Of a stretch of DNA of 64,000 nt, positions 16,856-26,884 are shown piece after piece. Numbering within the stretch: the first letter of the stretch is position 1; each line of letters starts with the position of its first letter. The DNA is from an uncultured delta proteobacterium (lineage in GTDB: Bacteria; Desulfobacterota; Binatia; Binatales; Binataceae), in assembly GCA_963842085.1 (NCBI GenBank), contig CAWJET010000001.1, positions 832,001 through 896,000 on the forward strand, read 5' to 3'. Made by a program: the position numbers and the translations under genes. A model generated the notes under the pieces. It ran no database searches. It was not told the origin of the DNA and saw only the letters and a program-made list of their open reading frames with translations.

Positions 16856-18541
16856 GTGATGCTGATGCCACGCCGGATTCAACTCTGCGCCGTCGCGCTC
16901 ACGATAGCGCTGTTCGTTACCCCAACCTCCTATGCTGCCGCTGCGGCGTCGGACAACTCCGCGGTCGGCGTCCACGGTATGGTCGCGTCGGAAAGTGAAG
17001 ACGCCGCGCGCGCCGGCGTCGAGATACTCAAACACGGCGGCAATGCTGTCGACGCTGCCGTCGCCACTGCCCTGGCGGTCGGCGTCACCAATCCTGCCGC
17101 GTGCGGAATCAGCGGTGGCGGCTTCATGCTGATCTACATCGCCAGGAGCCACACCTTCTACGCACTGGACTATCGCGAAACTGCACCGCTTCACGCCCGC
17201 CCCGACATGTACGTTCGCAACGGCAAGCCCGACGAGGATTTGGCGCGCGATGGCATCCTGGCGGTCGGCGTGCCGGGTGAAATCGCGGGCATCAACGCGG
17301 CGCTCAGGCGCTTCGGCACCATGAAGTTTCAGCAGATCGCTGCCCCTGCCGAGAAACTTGCCGGCGGCGGTTTCACCGTGAGTCCGCATCTGGCGGGCGA
17401 AATCGCACGGCTCGCCCCAAAGCTCAAAGACGATCCCGGACTGAGCCAGGTTTTCCTGAAGCCCGACGGCTCCGCGCCCAAGGCCGGCGACACGATCGTC
17501 GAAAAAAATCTGGCCGCGACGCTGAAAGGTCTCGGCGACGATCCGGTCGCGAATTTCTATCACGGCGAAGTCGCAACCGCGCTCGTGGCCTTTATGAAGG
17601 CGCACGGCGGACTGATCGGCACGACCGACCTCGCTAACTATCGTCCGGTCTGGGCCGATCCGATTCGCCGCCGCTACGAGGGCTACGAAGTATACGCGAT
17701 GCCGCCGCCGTCGTCGGGCGGCGTGGTCCTCGAGATGCTCGGGGCGCTCGACTCGGGGCATCTCCCCGGCCTCGGCATCAACTCGCCGCCCTACCTCGCG
17801 CGCCTCATCGAAGTGATGCGCCAGGGTTTCATCGATCGCGAGCAGTATGCCGATCCGGCTTTTGTCAGCGTCCCGGTCCGGGAACTGCTTTCCGACACTC
17901 ACATCGAGGAACTGCGCGAGCGTGCTCTGCACCGCAAGTCACCGCCGCCGCCGGCCCCGGCGCACGATCATGGCACCTCGAATCTGCTCGTCGCGGACAA
18001 GGACGGCAATGTCGTTGCGCTGACCACAACTATCAACACCATTTTCGGCGCCAAGATTAGCGTGCCCGCGCTCGGCCTCATCCTCAACGACGAGATGGAC
18101 GATTTCGCGGTTGCACCCGGCGTGCCCAACGCGTATCGGCTCGAAGGCGAGCGCGCCAACGAGATACGGCCCGGCAAACGCCCGCTCTCGTCGATGACGC
18201 CGATAATCGTCACCAAGAACGGCCTGCCCGTTATGACGACCGGCGGCTCCGGCGGTCCAACCATCATCAGCGGCGTGTTGCAGGTCACGCTTAATATCCT
18301 TGCCTTCCATCTTGACGCGGCCAGCGCGGTCGCCGAGCCGCGAATTCACGAGCAGGCCGAGCCCGATGTCGTGATCGTCGAAGAGGCGATGCCCGCGGCG
18401 ACGCGCAGCGCGCTGGAGCAGATGGGTTACAGGCTCAAGGTCGTGCCGAATCTCGGCGCCGTCGGTGCGATCACGATCGCGCCGGCCAATTTCCGTGGCG
18501 CGTTCGATGCGCGCAAGGGCGGTGGCGCTATCGGCTATTAG
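16856..18541 (+). CDS. ggt: gamma-glutamyltransferase
   Basis: Signal peptide; GGNAVDAAVA, LDYRETAP, HGTSN (nucleophile Thr), LNDEMDDF, PGKRPLSSMTP. Confidence 0.93.
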   Translation: MMLMPRRIQLCAVALTIALFVTPTSYAAAAASDNSAVGVHGMVASESEDAARAGVEILKHGGNAVDAAVATALAVGVTNPAACGISGGGFMLIYIARSHTFYALDYRETAPLHARPDMYVRNGKPDEDLARDGILAVGVPGEIAGINAALRRFGTMKFQQIAAPAEKLAGGGFTVSPHLAGEIARLAPKLKDDPGLSQVFLKPDGSAPKAGDTIVEKNLAATLKGLGDDPVANFYHGEVATALVAFMKAHGGLIGTTDLANYRPVWADPIRRRYEGYEVYAMPPPSSGGVVLEMLGALDSGHLPGLGINSPPYLARLIEVMRQGFIDREQYADPAFVSVPVRELLSDTHIEELRERALHRKSPPPPAPAHDHGTSNLLVADKDGNVVALTTTINTIFGAKISVPALGLILNDEMDDFAVAPGVPNAYRLEGERANEIRPGKRPLSSMTPIIVTKNGLPVMTTGGSGGPTIISGVLQVTLNILAFHLDAASAVAEPRIHEQAEPDVVIVEEAMPAATRSALEQMGYRLKVVPNLGAVGAITIAPANFRGAFDARKGGGAIGY

Positions 18542-18572
18542 CCATCGCCCCGGCGCGTTAGACTCATCCCTC

Positions 18573-20318
18573 GTGTCCGGGATCGCTCGCACCGATAACT
18601 CTTCGCCGGCACTGGCCGAGCCGCCGGCGCCGCGAACGCCGGCGACGCCGATCGCCTACGACATTTGCGCGATCGTCGCACTCTCACTCGCGGTCTGCAT
18701 GTTTCATCTCGGCTCATTCGGCCTCTGGGAGCCCGATGAGGCGCGCTACGCCGAAATTGCGCGCGAGATGCTGCAGAGCGGCAATCTGCTGGTGCCGCAT
18801 CTCAACTACGTGGCGTACGTCGAGAAACCGCCGCTGCTCTACTGGCTGACGACGCTCTCCTTCTGGATCTTTGGCATCTCGGAATTTGCCGCGCGGCTCC
18901 CCGTCGCGCTGTCCGCAATTGCCGGAATACTCGCGACGTACTTCTTCGCGCTGCGAGCATTCGGCCGCCGCCACGCAATTCTCGCCGCCGCAATCCTCGC
19001 CACGACACCGCTGTACGCGCTGATGGCGCAGGTGCTGACCACTGACATGCTGCTGACGGCGCTGGTGACGATCGCGACCTTCTCGCTCTACCTTCACTGG
19101 CGCGAAGGCGGCCGCTGGTGCTGGCTCGCGTACGTCGCGATGGGCCTGGCCGTGATGACCAAGGGTCCGGTGGGTGCGGCGCTGCCGATTCTCTCGATGC
19201 TGTTGTGGCTGACGTTCAAGCGCGAACTGGGCGGCGCCATCAGGAAGTTCCGCGCGATACCGGGTCTCTTACTCACGACCCTGATCGCGGCGCCATGGTT
19301 TGTCGCGATGACAATACGCGAGCCGGGCTTCGCTGACTTCTACTTCATCGGCGAGCATCTGCGACGCGTGTTCGATCCCGACTACAGCCACCGCGAAGCG
19401 TTCTACTACTACGTTCCGGTTCTCGCGATCGGACTGCTGCCATGGTCGCTGCTGGTGCCGTTCCTCACCTGGCGCACCGCCGCGCGCAACCCGGCGCGGA
19501 GCTTCTGCGTTGTCGCGGCGGGTGTGACCGTGGTCGCCTTCTCGTGCGCGGATGCGAAGCTGATCCCGTATATCCTGCCGGCCGTACCGCCGATTGCCGT
19601 GCTGATCGCCGACGGACTCGTGTCATGCGCATGGCCGACTGCAAACTCGCGCGCGGCGCTTCGGGCGCCGGACTCGAGGATACTCATCGAGAGCGGCCCG
19701 ATGCTGGCGCTGCTGGGCGCGGGCGTGACCGTCGCGGCGATCGCAGCGCCGGAATTTCGCACTCCGTACGTGATGGCAGCGCGGCCTGCGATGTACGCGA
19801 TCGGCGCGATCCTGCTGGCGGGCGGCGCGGTCACGACATCGATGTTCATTGCGCGCCGCATGGCCGCGGGACTTGGCGCAATCGTCGTCACGCTCGCGTT
19901 TGCGTTGATTGCCGGCGGATGGGCGCGGCTGGAGACCGAGCCGCTGCGTTCGTACGCCGCACTCAGCCGCGCGATTGCGGAGCAGGCGCCCGACGCGACG
20001 ATCATCTGTTACCATCGCTACGTTCAGTCGCTGCCGTTCTACAATCGCCGCCGGGTAATCCTGCTCGGCGGGCGCACGGAACTCGACTTCGGCTCCCGAC
20101 TCGACCCGGACGCGCGCGAGTGGTTCATGAACAATGACGAGCAGATGTTTCGCCGATGGGAGCAGCCGGGGCGCGTCGTGGTCGTGCTCGACGCCGGCGA
20201 CCTGGCGCGAATGAAGGAGCGCTTCGGCGATTTCGACGTGATCGCAGCGGAAGGAAAGAAGCGAGCAATTGTCAGAGGTGAACGAATCTCGCGCCATGAA
20301 CCAATCACCCTCAACTGA
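18573..20318 (+). CDS. ArnT-like glycosyltransferase family 39 (GT-C)
   Basis: LWEPDEARYAEIAREM, EKPPLLYWL, TKGPVG, KLIPYILP; start uncertain (GTG 18573 chosen). Confidence 0.85.
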   Translation: MSGIARTDNSSPALAEPPAPRTPATPIAYDICAIVALSLAVCMFHLGSFGLWEPDEARYAEIAREMLQSGNLLVPHLNYVAYVEKPPLLYWLTTLSFWIFGISEFAARLPVALSAIAGILATYFFALRAFGRRHAILAAAILATTPLYALMAQVLTTDMLLTALVTIATFSLYLHWREGGRWCWLAYVAMGLAVMTKGPVGAALPILSMLLWLTFKRELGGAIRKFRAIPGLLLTTLIAAPWFVAMTIREPGFADFYFIGEHLRRVFDPDYSHREAFYYYVPVLAIGLLPWSLLVPFLTWRTAARNPARSFCVVAAGVTVVAFSCADAKLIPYILPAVPPIAVLIADGLVSCAWPTANSRAALRAPDSRILIESGPMLALLGAGVTVAAIAAPEFRTPYVMAARPAMYAIGAILLAGGAVTTSMFIARRMAAGLGAIVVTLAFALIAGGWARLETEPLRSYAALSRAIAEQAPDATIICYHRYVQSLPFYNRRRVILLGGRTELDFGSRLDPDAREWFMNNDEQMFRRWEQPGRVVVVLDAGDLARMKERFGDFDVIAAEGKKRAIVRGERISRHEPITLN

Positions 20319-21318
20319 GCCGGCCGCATCGGCGCCCGCCGTGGAATCGGCGGCCCGCCCTGCGCATCCGTATCGCGCGTTTGCGATGCGGGCGGGGCTC
20401 GGAGTGGCAGTGGTCGCCGTTTTGCTGTGGCGTTACGACGCGCGGCCGATTTTTCGAATCCTCAGCCGCGAGCGTGGGTTCTGCTTCGCCGCGGCGGTCG
20501 CACTTTACCTGGCGGGGCAGGCGATGTGCGCGTATCGATGGCAATTGCTCGCCGCGATCCTGAAAGTCCACAGCCGCTATTCCGAATTTTTCGCCTACAC
20601 ATTTGTCGGCATGTTCACCAACCTGTTCGTGCCGGGATTGCTCGGCGGCGACGCGGCCCGATCGGTATATCTTGGACGGCGGCATGGCAGGATGGGCGAG
20701 GCGATAGCGTCGGTGGTGGCGGATCGCGCCGTGGGATTGCTCGGTTTATTCTGGCTGGCGGCGATCGCGGCGATGTTTCTGAACTTTGCCGCGATTCCGC
20801 GGTCAGTCATCGCATCGACAGTCGCGGTCGGTGCAATCGCGCTGGCGGGATTTCTCGCGGCGCCGCTCGCCGCGCGCCTGATCCATCTGATGCCGCGGCC
20901 TATTCGCCGCGCAGGCGGAATCGTCGCGCCTTACCTGCACCATCCCGCACCGCTCATCGTGCCGATTGCTTTGTCTGTCGTGCTGCAAATCGGGCTGGCC
21001 GTGAGCCAGTACATCCTGGCCGCCGGACTTGGCCTGACGGTGCCGCTCTCGCTGTTCATCCTGTGCGTTCCGATTGCGAACGTGTTTGCGAGTCTGCCGC
21101 TGACGTTGAACGGCCTGGGGATTCGCGAATCGGCCTACCTGGTGCTGTTCGGGATGGCGGGGATGCGCAAAGAGGATGCGATCGCGCTGGGACTGTTGTG
21201 GTTTGCGGCGACGATGGTCGGCGGTCTGACGGGCGCGATCGCATTCGTAACGACGCCCGCGCCGATTCCGGTTATCCCGACGGTTGAAGACCAGAGTTGG
21301 GGGAAGGGAATGACTTGA
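20296..21318 (+). CDS. lysylphosphatidylglycerol synthase TM-domain (flippase-like) protein
   Basis: RWQLL, GMFTNLFVPGLLGGDAAR, DRAVG, LPLTLNGLGIRE. Confidence 0.85.
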   Translation: MNQSPSTEPAASAPAVESAARPAHPYRAFAMRAGLGVAVVAVLLWRYDARPIFRILSRERGFCFAAAVALYLAGQAMCAYRWQLLAAILKVHSRYSEFFAYTFVGMFTNLFVPGLLGGDAARSVYLGRRHGRMGEAIASVVADRAVGLLGLFWLAAIAAMFLNFAAIPRSVIASTVAVGAIALAGFLAAPLAARLIHLMPRPIRRAGGIVAPYLHHPAPLIVPIALSVVLQIGLAVSQYILAAGLGLTVPLSLFILCVPIANVFASLPLTLNGLGIRESAYLVLFGMAGMRKEDAIALGLLWFAATMVGGLTGAIAFVTTPAPIPVIPTVEDQSWGKGMT

Positions 21319-21323
21319 TTGTA

Positions 21324-21378
21324 GTGAAACCCGCCGTGGGGTTTCACACTTCCTTGGGCAGGGGTAACCCCTGCGCCC
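21324..21378. repeat. two adjacent inverted repeats between convergent genes (terminator-like or REP-like)
   Basis: GTGAAACCC-N6-GGGTTTCAC (21324-21347) and GCAGGGG-TAA-CCCCTGC (21358-21374). Confidence 0.55.
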
Positions 21379-21411
21379 GAATAGGAGAAAGAGGCGGCCG
21401 GATGAGGCGAC

Positions 21412-22425
21412 CTATTTGGCGGGCTGGAGCGGCAGGACCGTCGGCGGCAGAACTAGCTGGCCGGTGGCGAGGTCGTGCTCTGCCTTGCGTGCGCGTTCGA
21501 GGGCAGCGGCGGGGATGCGCAATTCGAGCTTGGGGTTGTACACGACGTTGACCATTCCGTCCTGCGTTCCGAATTCCAGCATACCTGGATGAAACCGCTT
21601 GTCTTTGACCTCGGTTGCGATTTTCAGGAAAGCCAGCGGCGTGGAAGTCACAGCGCTGGCGAGGACGACGTCAGGAGCGACGTTGTTCTGGTTGTTGAAC
21701 ACGCCGAAGGCATAGACGTGCGCTTGTTCGGCGGCGAGGAAGACGCCGAGGCCTGCGGCGTCGGCATTATGGATCAGCACGTCTGCCCCCTGGCTGATCT
21801 GAGCAAGCGCCGCTTCCTTGGCGGCACCGACATCGTCGAAATTGCCGGTGTAGCTGATCAGAATGCGGCCTTTGGGTTGTACTGAAAGAAACCCGCGCTT
21901 GAAGCCTTCGAAGAACAATTTAATCGAAGGCAGTTCTATTCCGCCGACAGCGCCTACCACTCCGGTTTTCGAGACGCCGGCCGCCAGCACGCCTTCCACA
22001 TAGGTCGCCTGATCGACATTGAAGGTTATCGACGCGACATTCGCGGATGACTCACTGCCCGAACTGACGACGAAATAGGTGTTGGGAAAGCTTCGCGCTA
22101 CTTCGAGGGCGGAATCGGTGTACTCGAAGCCGTGGGCGAAGATCAGATCGAATCCGCGCGAAGCGAAATCGCGGAAGGCGTCCTCGAAGTCGGCGGGTGA
22201 CTTGGTCTGGACTAAGGCAGTGTCGGCGCCGAGCCTGGCCTTAATGAGTTCGAGACCTTCGTATGCGGCTGCGTTCCAGCCGGCGTCGCTTACAGGTCCG
22301 GGCGTTAGCAGTGCGACTTTAAGGGCAGCGGATGCCGGTTTTGCATCGGCCGCAGGATGAGAGGTGCACGCCGCCAGCGCACTTACTTGTACGAGCACTA
22401 GAGCCAGGCCAAGGAATTTCAGCAT
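21412..22425 (-). CDS. BMP-family (PnrA/TmpC-like) nucleoside-binding lipoprotein
   Basis: Lipobox LAAC; PGPVSDAGWN, FAHGFEY, YTGNFDD, ADAAGLG. Confidence 0.85.
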   Translation of the reverse strand: MLKFLGLALVLVQVSALAACTSHPAADAKPASAALKVALLTPGPVSDAGWNAAAYEGLELIKARLGADTALVQTKSPADFEDAFRDFASRGFDLIFAHGFEYTDSALEVARSFPNTYFVVSSGSESSANVASITFNVDQATYVEGVLAAGVSKTGVVGAVGGIELPSIKLFFEGFKRGFLSVQPKGRILISYTGNFDDVGAAKEAALAQISQGADVLIHNADAAGLGVFLAAEQAHVYAFGVFNNQNNVAPDVVLASAVTSTPLAFLKIATEVKDKRFHPGMLEFGTQDGMVNVVYNPKLELRIPAAALERARKAEHDLATGQLVLPPTVLPLQPAK

Positions 22426-22432
22426 TGGCTAC

Positions 22433-23080
22433 CTATCCGAGATAAACGGTGCGATCGACGACGCCAGCTTTATGAAAGGCCTGCTTACGCTCGAAGCACT
22501 TGTTGCATTGTCCACAGTGTTTGGAAGCCTCAGGAGCCATGCAGGTCAGGGTCACCTCGAGTGGTAAGTCTTTGAACTGCCTAATCAAATCTTCTTTGTG
22601 GAAGCCTCTTAGGGGAGCTTCGATTAGCACTTTGTGTCCCAGTCCAACGCTTAGGGCGCGGGCAAAGGTGTCGAAGAACTCAGGCGTGGCGTCGGGAAAA
22701 GGGTTGCCGCCGAGCGAGCCGATCGCGATGCGTGAAACGCCGTGCGTGCTGCCCCAGATGGCCGCCAACGAAATGAGGAGAATGTTGCGGCCGGGCAGGT
22801 AAGTGTTCTCGTCGGGCTCGTCGGCGGCGGGCACGCGCGCGCCCGAGACGCTCCAGTGGTCGCCGTACAAGACATCGGTTGGGGCGGAGAGCACCGTCGT
22901 CGGCATCACGTTGCGGTTGTGGAGCGTGTCGAGGAAGGATTGCAGGCCAGCGAGCTCCATCTCTTCCCATGCGAAACCGCATCGCACGTAGATGGGGAAT
23001 ACTTCGGCGCCGGCCGCCAGCTTCGCAATCAGAACCGAGCTGTCCAGGCCGCCGCTCGCCAATACTGAAATCTTTTCCAC
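22433..23080 (-). CDS. queC: 7-cyano-7-deazaguanine synthase (QueC family)
   Basis: PP-loop SGGLDS, YLPGRN, FPDA and Zn motif C-x8-CGQCNKC. Confidence 0.75.
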   Translation of the reverse strand: MEKISVLASGGLDSSVLIAKLAAGAEVFPIYVRCGFAWEEMELAGLQSFLDTLHNRNVMPTTVLSAPTDVLYGDHWSVSGARVPAADEPDENTYLPGRNILLISLAAIWGSTHGVSRIAIGSLGGNPFPDATPEFFDTFARALSVGLGHKVLIEAPLRGFHKEDLIRQFKDLPLEVTLTCMAPEASKHCGQCNKCFERKQAFHKAGVVDRTVYLG

Positions 23081-23245
23081 GCTATCTCTCGCTTGGCGGT
23101 ATCGGTTACGCGGACACTCTCTCCGCGCAAGACCGTACCACCATTGAAAGCGATCGAGCCACAGGATTGGCGGAGACTCGATCTTGTGAATGGGTTATGC
23201 GAACTTGAACTATCTATCCATTCGCATGGCTTGAGAGGGAACGCG

Positions 23246-24007
23246 ATGGGATCGCAAGGCTCCGCCTGGTACGTGGATTTTTTTCGCGGCGACTACCTGA
23301 ATGTGTACGGCCACATGTTCACGGAAGAGCGCGCTGAAAAGGAAAGCGCCTTCGTGGCGAGCGCACTCGACCTGAAGGCGGGCGCGTCGGTGCTGGACCT
23401 GTGCTGCGGGCAGGGACGGCATTCGGTCCAGTTGGCGAAGCGTGGATTGCGGGTGACAGGTCTCGATCTGAATCCCGAGTACCTGGAACTCGCGAAGCAG
23501 GCGGCCAAAGCGGGCAAGGTCACCATCGAGACGGTCGCCGCCGACATGCGCAACATCCCGTACGAAGACAAGTTTGACGCCATCGTCAATATGTATTCGT
23601 CATTCGGATACCTGGAATCGGAAGCCGAGGATTTGAAGGTCCTGGAATCGGCGGCGAAGGCTCTGAAAGCCGGCGGGCGGATTCTGTTGGACATGCTGAA
23701 CCGCGAATGGGCGATCGATAACTATATTCAGAACGACTGGCATAAAGGCGCGGACGGAACTCTGTACGTCGAGCGGCGCGACCTTGACCTCGCAACAAGC
23801 CGCATGCACGTGCATTTTATCGTGGTGGACCCCACTGGCGGGCGGCGCGAGTCGATCGGACATATTATCCGGCTCTACACGCTGACGGAGATGACGCGGC
23901 TTCTGGAGCGTGTGGGTCTGCGGATGACAGCGGTGTTCGGGGGATTCGACCGCGAGCTTTATGAAATCGCTACGCGGCGCATGATCATCGTGGGGCATAA
24001 GGGATAG
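23246..24007 (+). CDS. class I SAM-dependent methyltransferase
   Basis: VLDLCCGQGRH, GLDL, ADMR, SSFGY; SD GAGAGGG before ATG 23246. Confidence 0.88.
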   Translation: MGSQGSAWYVDFFRGDYLNVYGHMFTEERAEKESAFVASALDLKAGASVLDLCCGQGRHSVQLAKRGLRVTGLDLNPEYLELAKQAAKAGKVTIETVAADMRNIPYEDKFDAIVNMYSSFGYLESEAEDLKVLESAAKALKAGGRILLDMLNREWAIDNYIQNDWHKGADGTLYVERRDLDLATSRMHVHFIVVDPTGGRRESIGHIIRLYTLTEMTRLLERVGLRMTAVFGGFDRELYEIATRRMIIVGHKG

Positions 24008-24098
24008 GCGTCGTAATTGGCCAAGAAAGCCGCGAAAATGCACGGTTTTCCGGATAGGAAGAATCGAGATGGCTGGAAATCAAATATTACGCGCATTC

Positions 24099-24127
24099 TT
24101 GCCTTCGGTCGTCTGGGTTTGTATAGT
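24099..24127 (+). promoter_or_regulatory. candidate sigma70 promoter for hpnJ-hpnI
   Basis: TTGCCT-N17-TATAGT. Confidence 0.55.
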
Positions 24128-24178
24128 CGCTGACTAACCAATCGGACAGGCTTGGGGTGTGCGGCAAATATGGATGTG

Positions 24179-25618
24179 ATGAAGACGCTTTTTCTGAATC
24201 CGCCGTCGTACGATGACTTTGACGGGGGTGCCGGTTCACGATACCAGGCGACGCGCGAGGTCTGGTCGTTCTGGTACCCGACGTGGCTGGCTTATCCGGC
24301 GGGGATGATTCCGGGCGCGCGCCTGCTCGACGCGCCGCCGCATAACTACACAGTCGAGATGACAGTCAACGAGGCGAAGAACTACGACCTGGTGGTGATT
24401 CATACCTCGACGCCGTCGCTGCGGATGGACGCGCGCACGGCGGAGGCGATCAAGGCGGCGAATCCGAATGCGATCATCGCGATGGTCGGGGGGCATCCGA
24501 CGGCGCGGCCCGACGAGACACTGAAGCTGTCGGCGGCGATCGATATCGCGGCACGCAAGGAATTCGACTACTCGATGCTGGAAGTGGCGGAGGGCCGCGA
24601 CTGGAGCAGCATCGGCGGGATCAGCTATCAGAAAAATGGCGGGCTGCATCACAATCCCGACCGGCCGGCGCTCACCGATGAAGAGCTCGACCAGCTGCCG
24701 TTCGTGACCGAGGTGTATGAGAAGAACCTCGACTACCTGAAGTACAACAGCCCGTACTGCCAGTATCCGTACGTGTCGATGTACACCGGGCGTGGATGCC
24801 CGGCGCGATGCACGTTCTGCCTGTGGCCGCAGGTCACGCAGGGGCATCGCTATCGCGTGCGGAGCCCGGAAAATGTGTACGAGGAAGTGGCGGCGATGAA
24901 GTCGAAGTTCCCGAAGATGAAGGAGCTGTTCTTCGACGACGACACTTTCACGGCGGACCCGGCGCGCGCGCGCAAAATCGCGCAACTGCTGAAGCCGCTG
25001 GGGATCACGTGGTCGACCAACTCGCGCGCGAACGTCGATTACGAAACGCTCAAGATCATGAAGGACGGCGGGCTCAGGCTGTTCGTGGTCGGCTATGAAT
25101 CGGGCAACGCGCAGATTCTGAAGAACATCAAGAAGGGCGTCGGCATCGATCGCGCACGGCGCTTCACCAAGGATTGCCACGAGCTCGGGATCCTGATTCA
25201 CGGGACCTTTATCCTGGGACTGCCAGGCGAGAACAAAGAAACGATCGAGGAATCGATCCGGTTCGCGCGCGAGATGGACTGCGAGACGATCCAGGTGTCG
25301 CTGGCGTCACCGTACCCGGGCACCGAGCTGTTCGATTACGTGACCGAGAACGGATTCCTGGCGGTGGACCCGCTGCTCGACGAATCCGGTTATCAGAAGT
25401 GTACGATCACCTATCCGGGCCTGGCCAACGAGGAGATTTACGGCGCGGTCGAGCGCTTTTATCGCAGCTTCTACTTTCGCCCGAAGTACATCTTCAAATC
25501 GGTCAAGAAGATGATGACGTCGATGGAAGAGACCAGACGGATGCTGAACGAGGGGCGGCAATTTCTGTCGACCATGCGCCAGCGACGGCATCAGACGGCG
25601 CAGCAGGCGTCGGCCTGA
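24179..25618 (+). CDS. hpnJ: hopanoid biosynthesis-associated radical SAM protein HpnJ
   Basis: Characteristic N-terminus KTLFLNPPSYDDFDGGAGSRYQA.RE..SFWYPTWLA; CxxxCxxC (CPARCTFC). Confidence 0.9.
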   Translation: MKTLFLNPPSYDDFDGGAGSRYQATREVWSFWYPTWLAYPAGMIPGARLLDAPPHNYTVEMTVNEAKNYDLVVIHTSTPSLRMDARTAEAIKAANPNAIIAMVGGHPTARPDETLKLSAAIDIAARKEFDYSMLEVAEGRDWSSIGGISYQKNGGLHHNPDRPALTDEELDQLPFVTEVYEKNLDYLKYNSPYCQYPYVSMYTGRGCPARCTFCLWPQVTQGHRYRVRSPENVYEEVAAMKSKFPKMKELFFDDDTFTADPARARKIAQLLKPLGITWSTNSRANVDYETLKIMKDGGLRLFVVGYESGNAQILKNIKKGVGIDRARRFTKDCHELGILIHGTFILGLPGENKETIEESIRFAREMDCETIQVSLASPYPGTELFDYVTENGFLAVDPLLDESGYQKCTITYPGLANEEIYGAVERFYRSFYFRPKYIFKSVKKMMTSMEETRRMLNEGRQFLSTMRQRRHQTAQQASA

Positions 25619-25720
25619 CGGCGAATTCCGGCGCGAGTAAGAGGCCAGGCGCGAGGTCCGCAGCAAGACGGCTGTGGCGGCATCCGTCGCGCCCGGTTGG
25701 GGTACCGCGCGAATCATTTG

Positions 25721-26878
25721 ATGACGATCTGGATAGCTTTACCGGCTGCGGCCGTGTGCTTGTCGGTGCTCTACTACGCCGCCGCGACGGTCGCCGCGAT
25801 CAGGTTCGCAAAGCGCACGACCTCGCCCCTGCCGCCGCTGCCCAAGGTTCCACCGCGCGTGGCCGTGCTGAAGCCGCTGCACGGAAGCACCAATTCGCTG
25901 GCGGCCAACCTGGTCAGCTTCCTGGAGGTCACCTATCCTCGGGTAGATTTTTATTTTGGCGTCCACAGTTACGAGGATGCAGCCACCGAAATTCCGGTCG
26001 CACTGCGGCAACGCTACCAGTACGCCAATATAACGCTGGTGGTCGGCGAAGAGCCTGACTGCAGCAATCGCAAGATTGCGAAGCTGGTCAAGATGGCGGA
26101 TCGCGCCGAGAAGGCCGAAGTGTTCGTGCTGAGCGACGCCGACGTATCGGTCGAGCGCGACTACCTGAAGCGAATTGTCGGCGAACTGATCTCGGACGAG
26201 AAAATCGGCATCGTGACTTGCGCGTATCGCGCGCGCCCGGGCGGCTCGTTCGCGTCGCGGCTGGAGGCGCTCTACGTCAACACCGATTTTCTGCCACAGA
26301 TCCTGATCGCTGAGATGATCGAGCCGATGCACTACGCACTCGGCGCGACCATCGCCATCAAACGCAAGGTGCTCGAGGCCGCGGGCGGATTCCGCGCGGT
26401 CAAGAACATGCTCGCCGACGACTTCTACCTGGGCAACTTCACCAATGCGCAGGGTTACGAGATCAAGCTGTCCGATTCGCTGGTCACGTTGACGTGCGAG
26501 GAAAGGAATTTCGCCGAATTCTGGCATCATCAGCTTCGCTGGGCGCGCACCTATCGCACCGTGCGTCCGATCAGCATCGCGACCATCGTCATGCACGGCC
26601 CCTTCTGGGCGCTGATGCTGCTGGCGACCTCACGCGGCAGCGCCGCAGCCGCCGCGGCCTTGGTACTGGTGGTTGCGGCGCGGCTGGTGATGTCGGCGGC
26701 GATCGTCGGATGGGTTGTCAAGATGCCCGAAATGCTGAGCGAGGTGTGGATGGTTCCCTTCAAAGACCTGATAATGACTGGAGTCTGGTTTGGCAGTCTG
26801 CTCAGCAACAAGGTGACGTGGGCCGGACGCCAGTTCAAGGTGATCCGAGGCGGTGCGATGCGCGAAGTGAAGAGCTGA
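25721..26878 (+). CDS. hpnI: bacteriohopanetetrol glucosamine biosynthesis glycosyltransferase HpnI (GT2/GT21-like)
   Basis: VLKPLHG, NRKI, SDAD, LADDFYLG, HQLRWARTYR; adjacent to hpnJ. Confidence 0.8.
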   Translation: MTIWIALPAAAVCLSVLYYAAATVAAIRFAKRTTSPLPPLPKVPPRVAVLKPLHGSTNSLAANLVSFLEVTYPRVDFYFGVHSYEDAATEIPVALRQRYQYANITLVVGEEPDCSNRKIAKLVKMADRAEKAEVFVLSDADVSVERDYLKRIVGELISDEKIGIVTCAYRARPGGSFASRLEALYVNTDFLPQILIAEMIEPMHYALGATIAIKRKVLEAAGGFRAVKNMLADDFYLGNFTNAQGYEIKLSDSLVTLTCEERNFAEFWHHQLRWARTYRTVRPISIATIVMHGPFWALMLLATSRGSAAAAAALVLVVAARLVMSAAIVGWVVKMPEMLSEVWMVPFKDLIMTGVWFGSLLSNKVTWAGRQFKVIRGGAMREVKS

Positions 26879-26884
26879 AGGACC

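Noticed and set aside
22433-23080. QueC as part of a QatABCD, CBASS type IV or Dpd defence island
   Set aside because: No neighbouring ATPase, TatD, cyclase, TGT-like or nuclease genes; the protein has canonical QueC size
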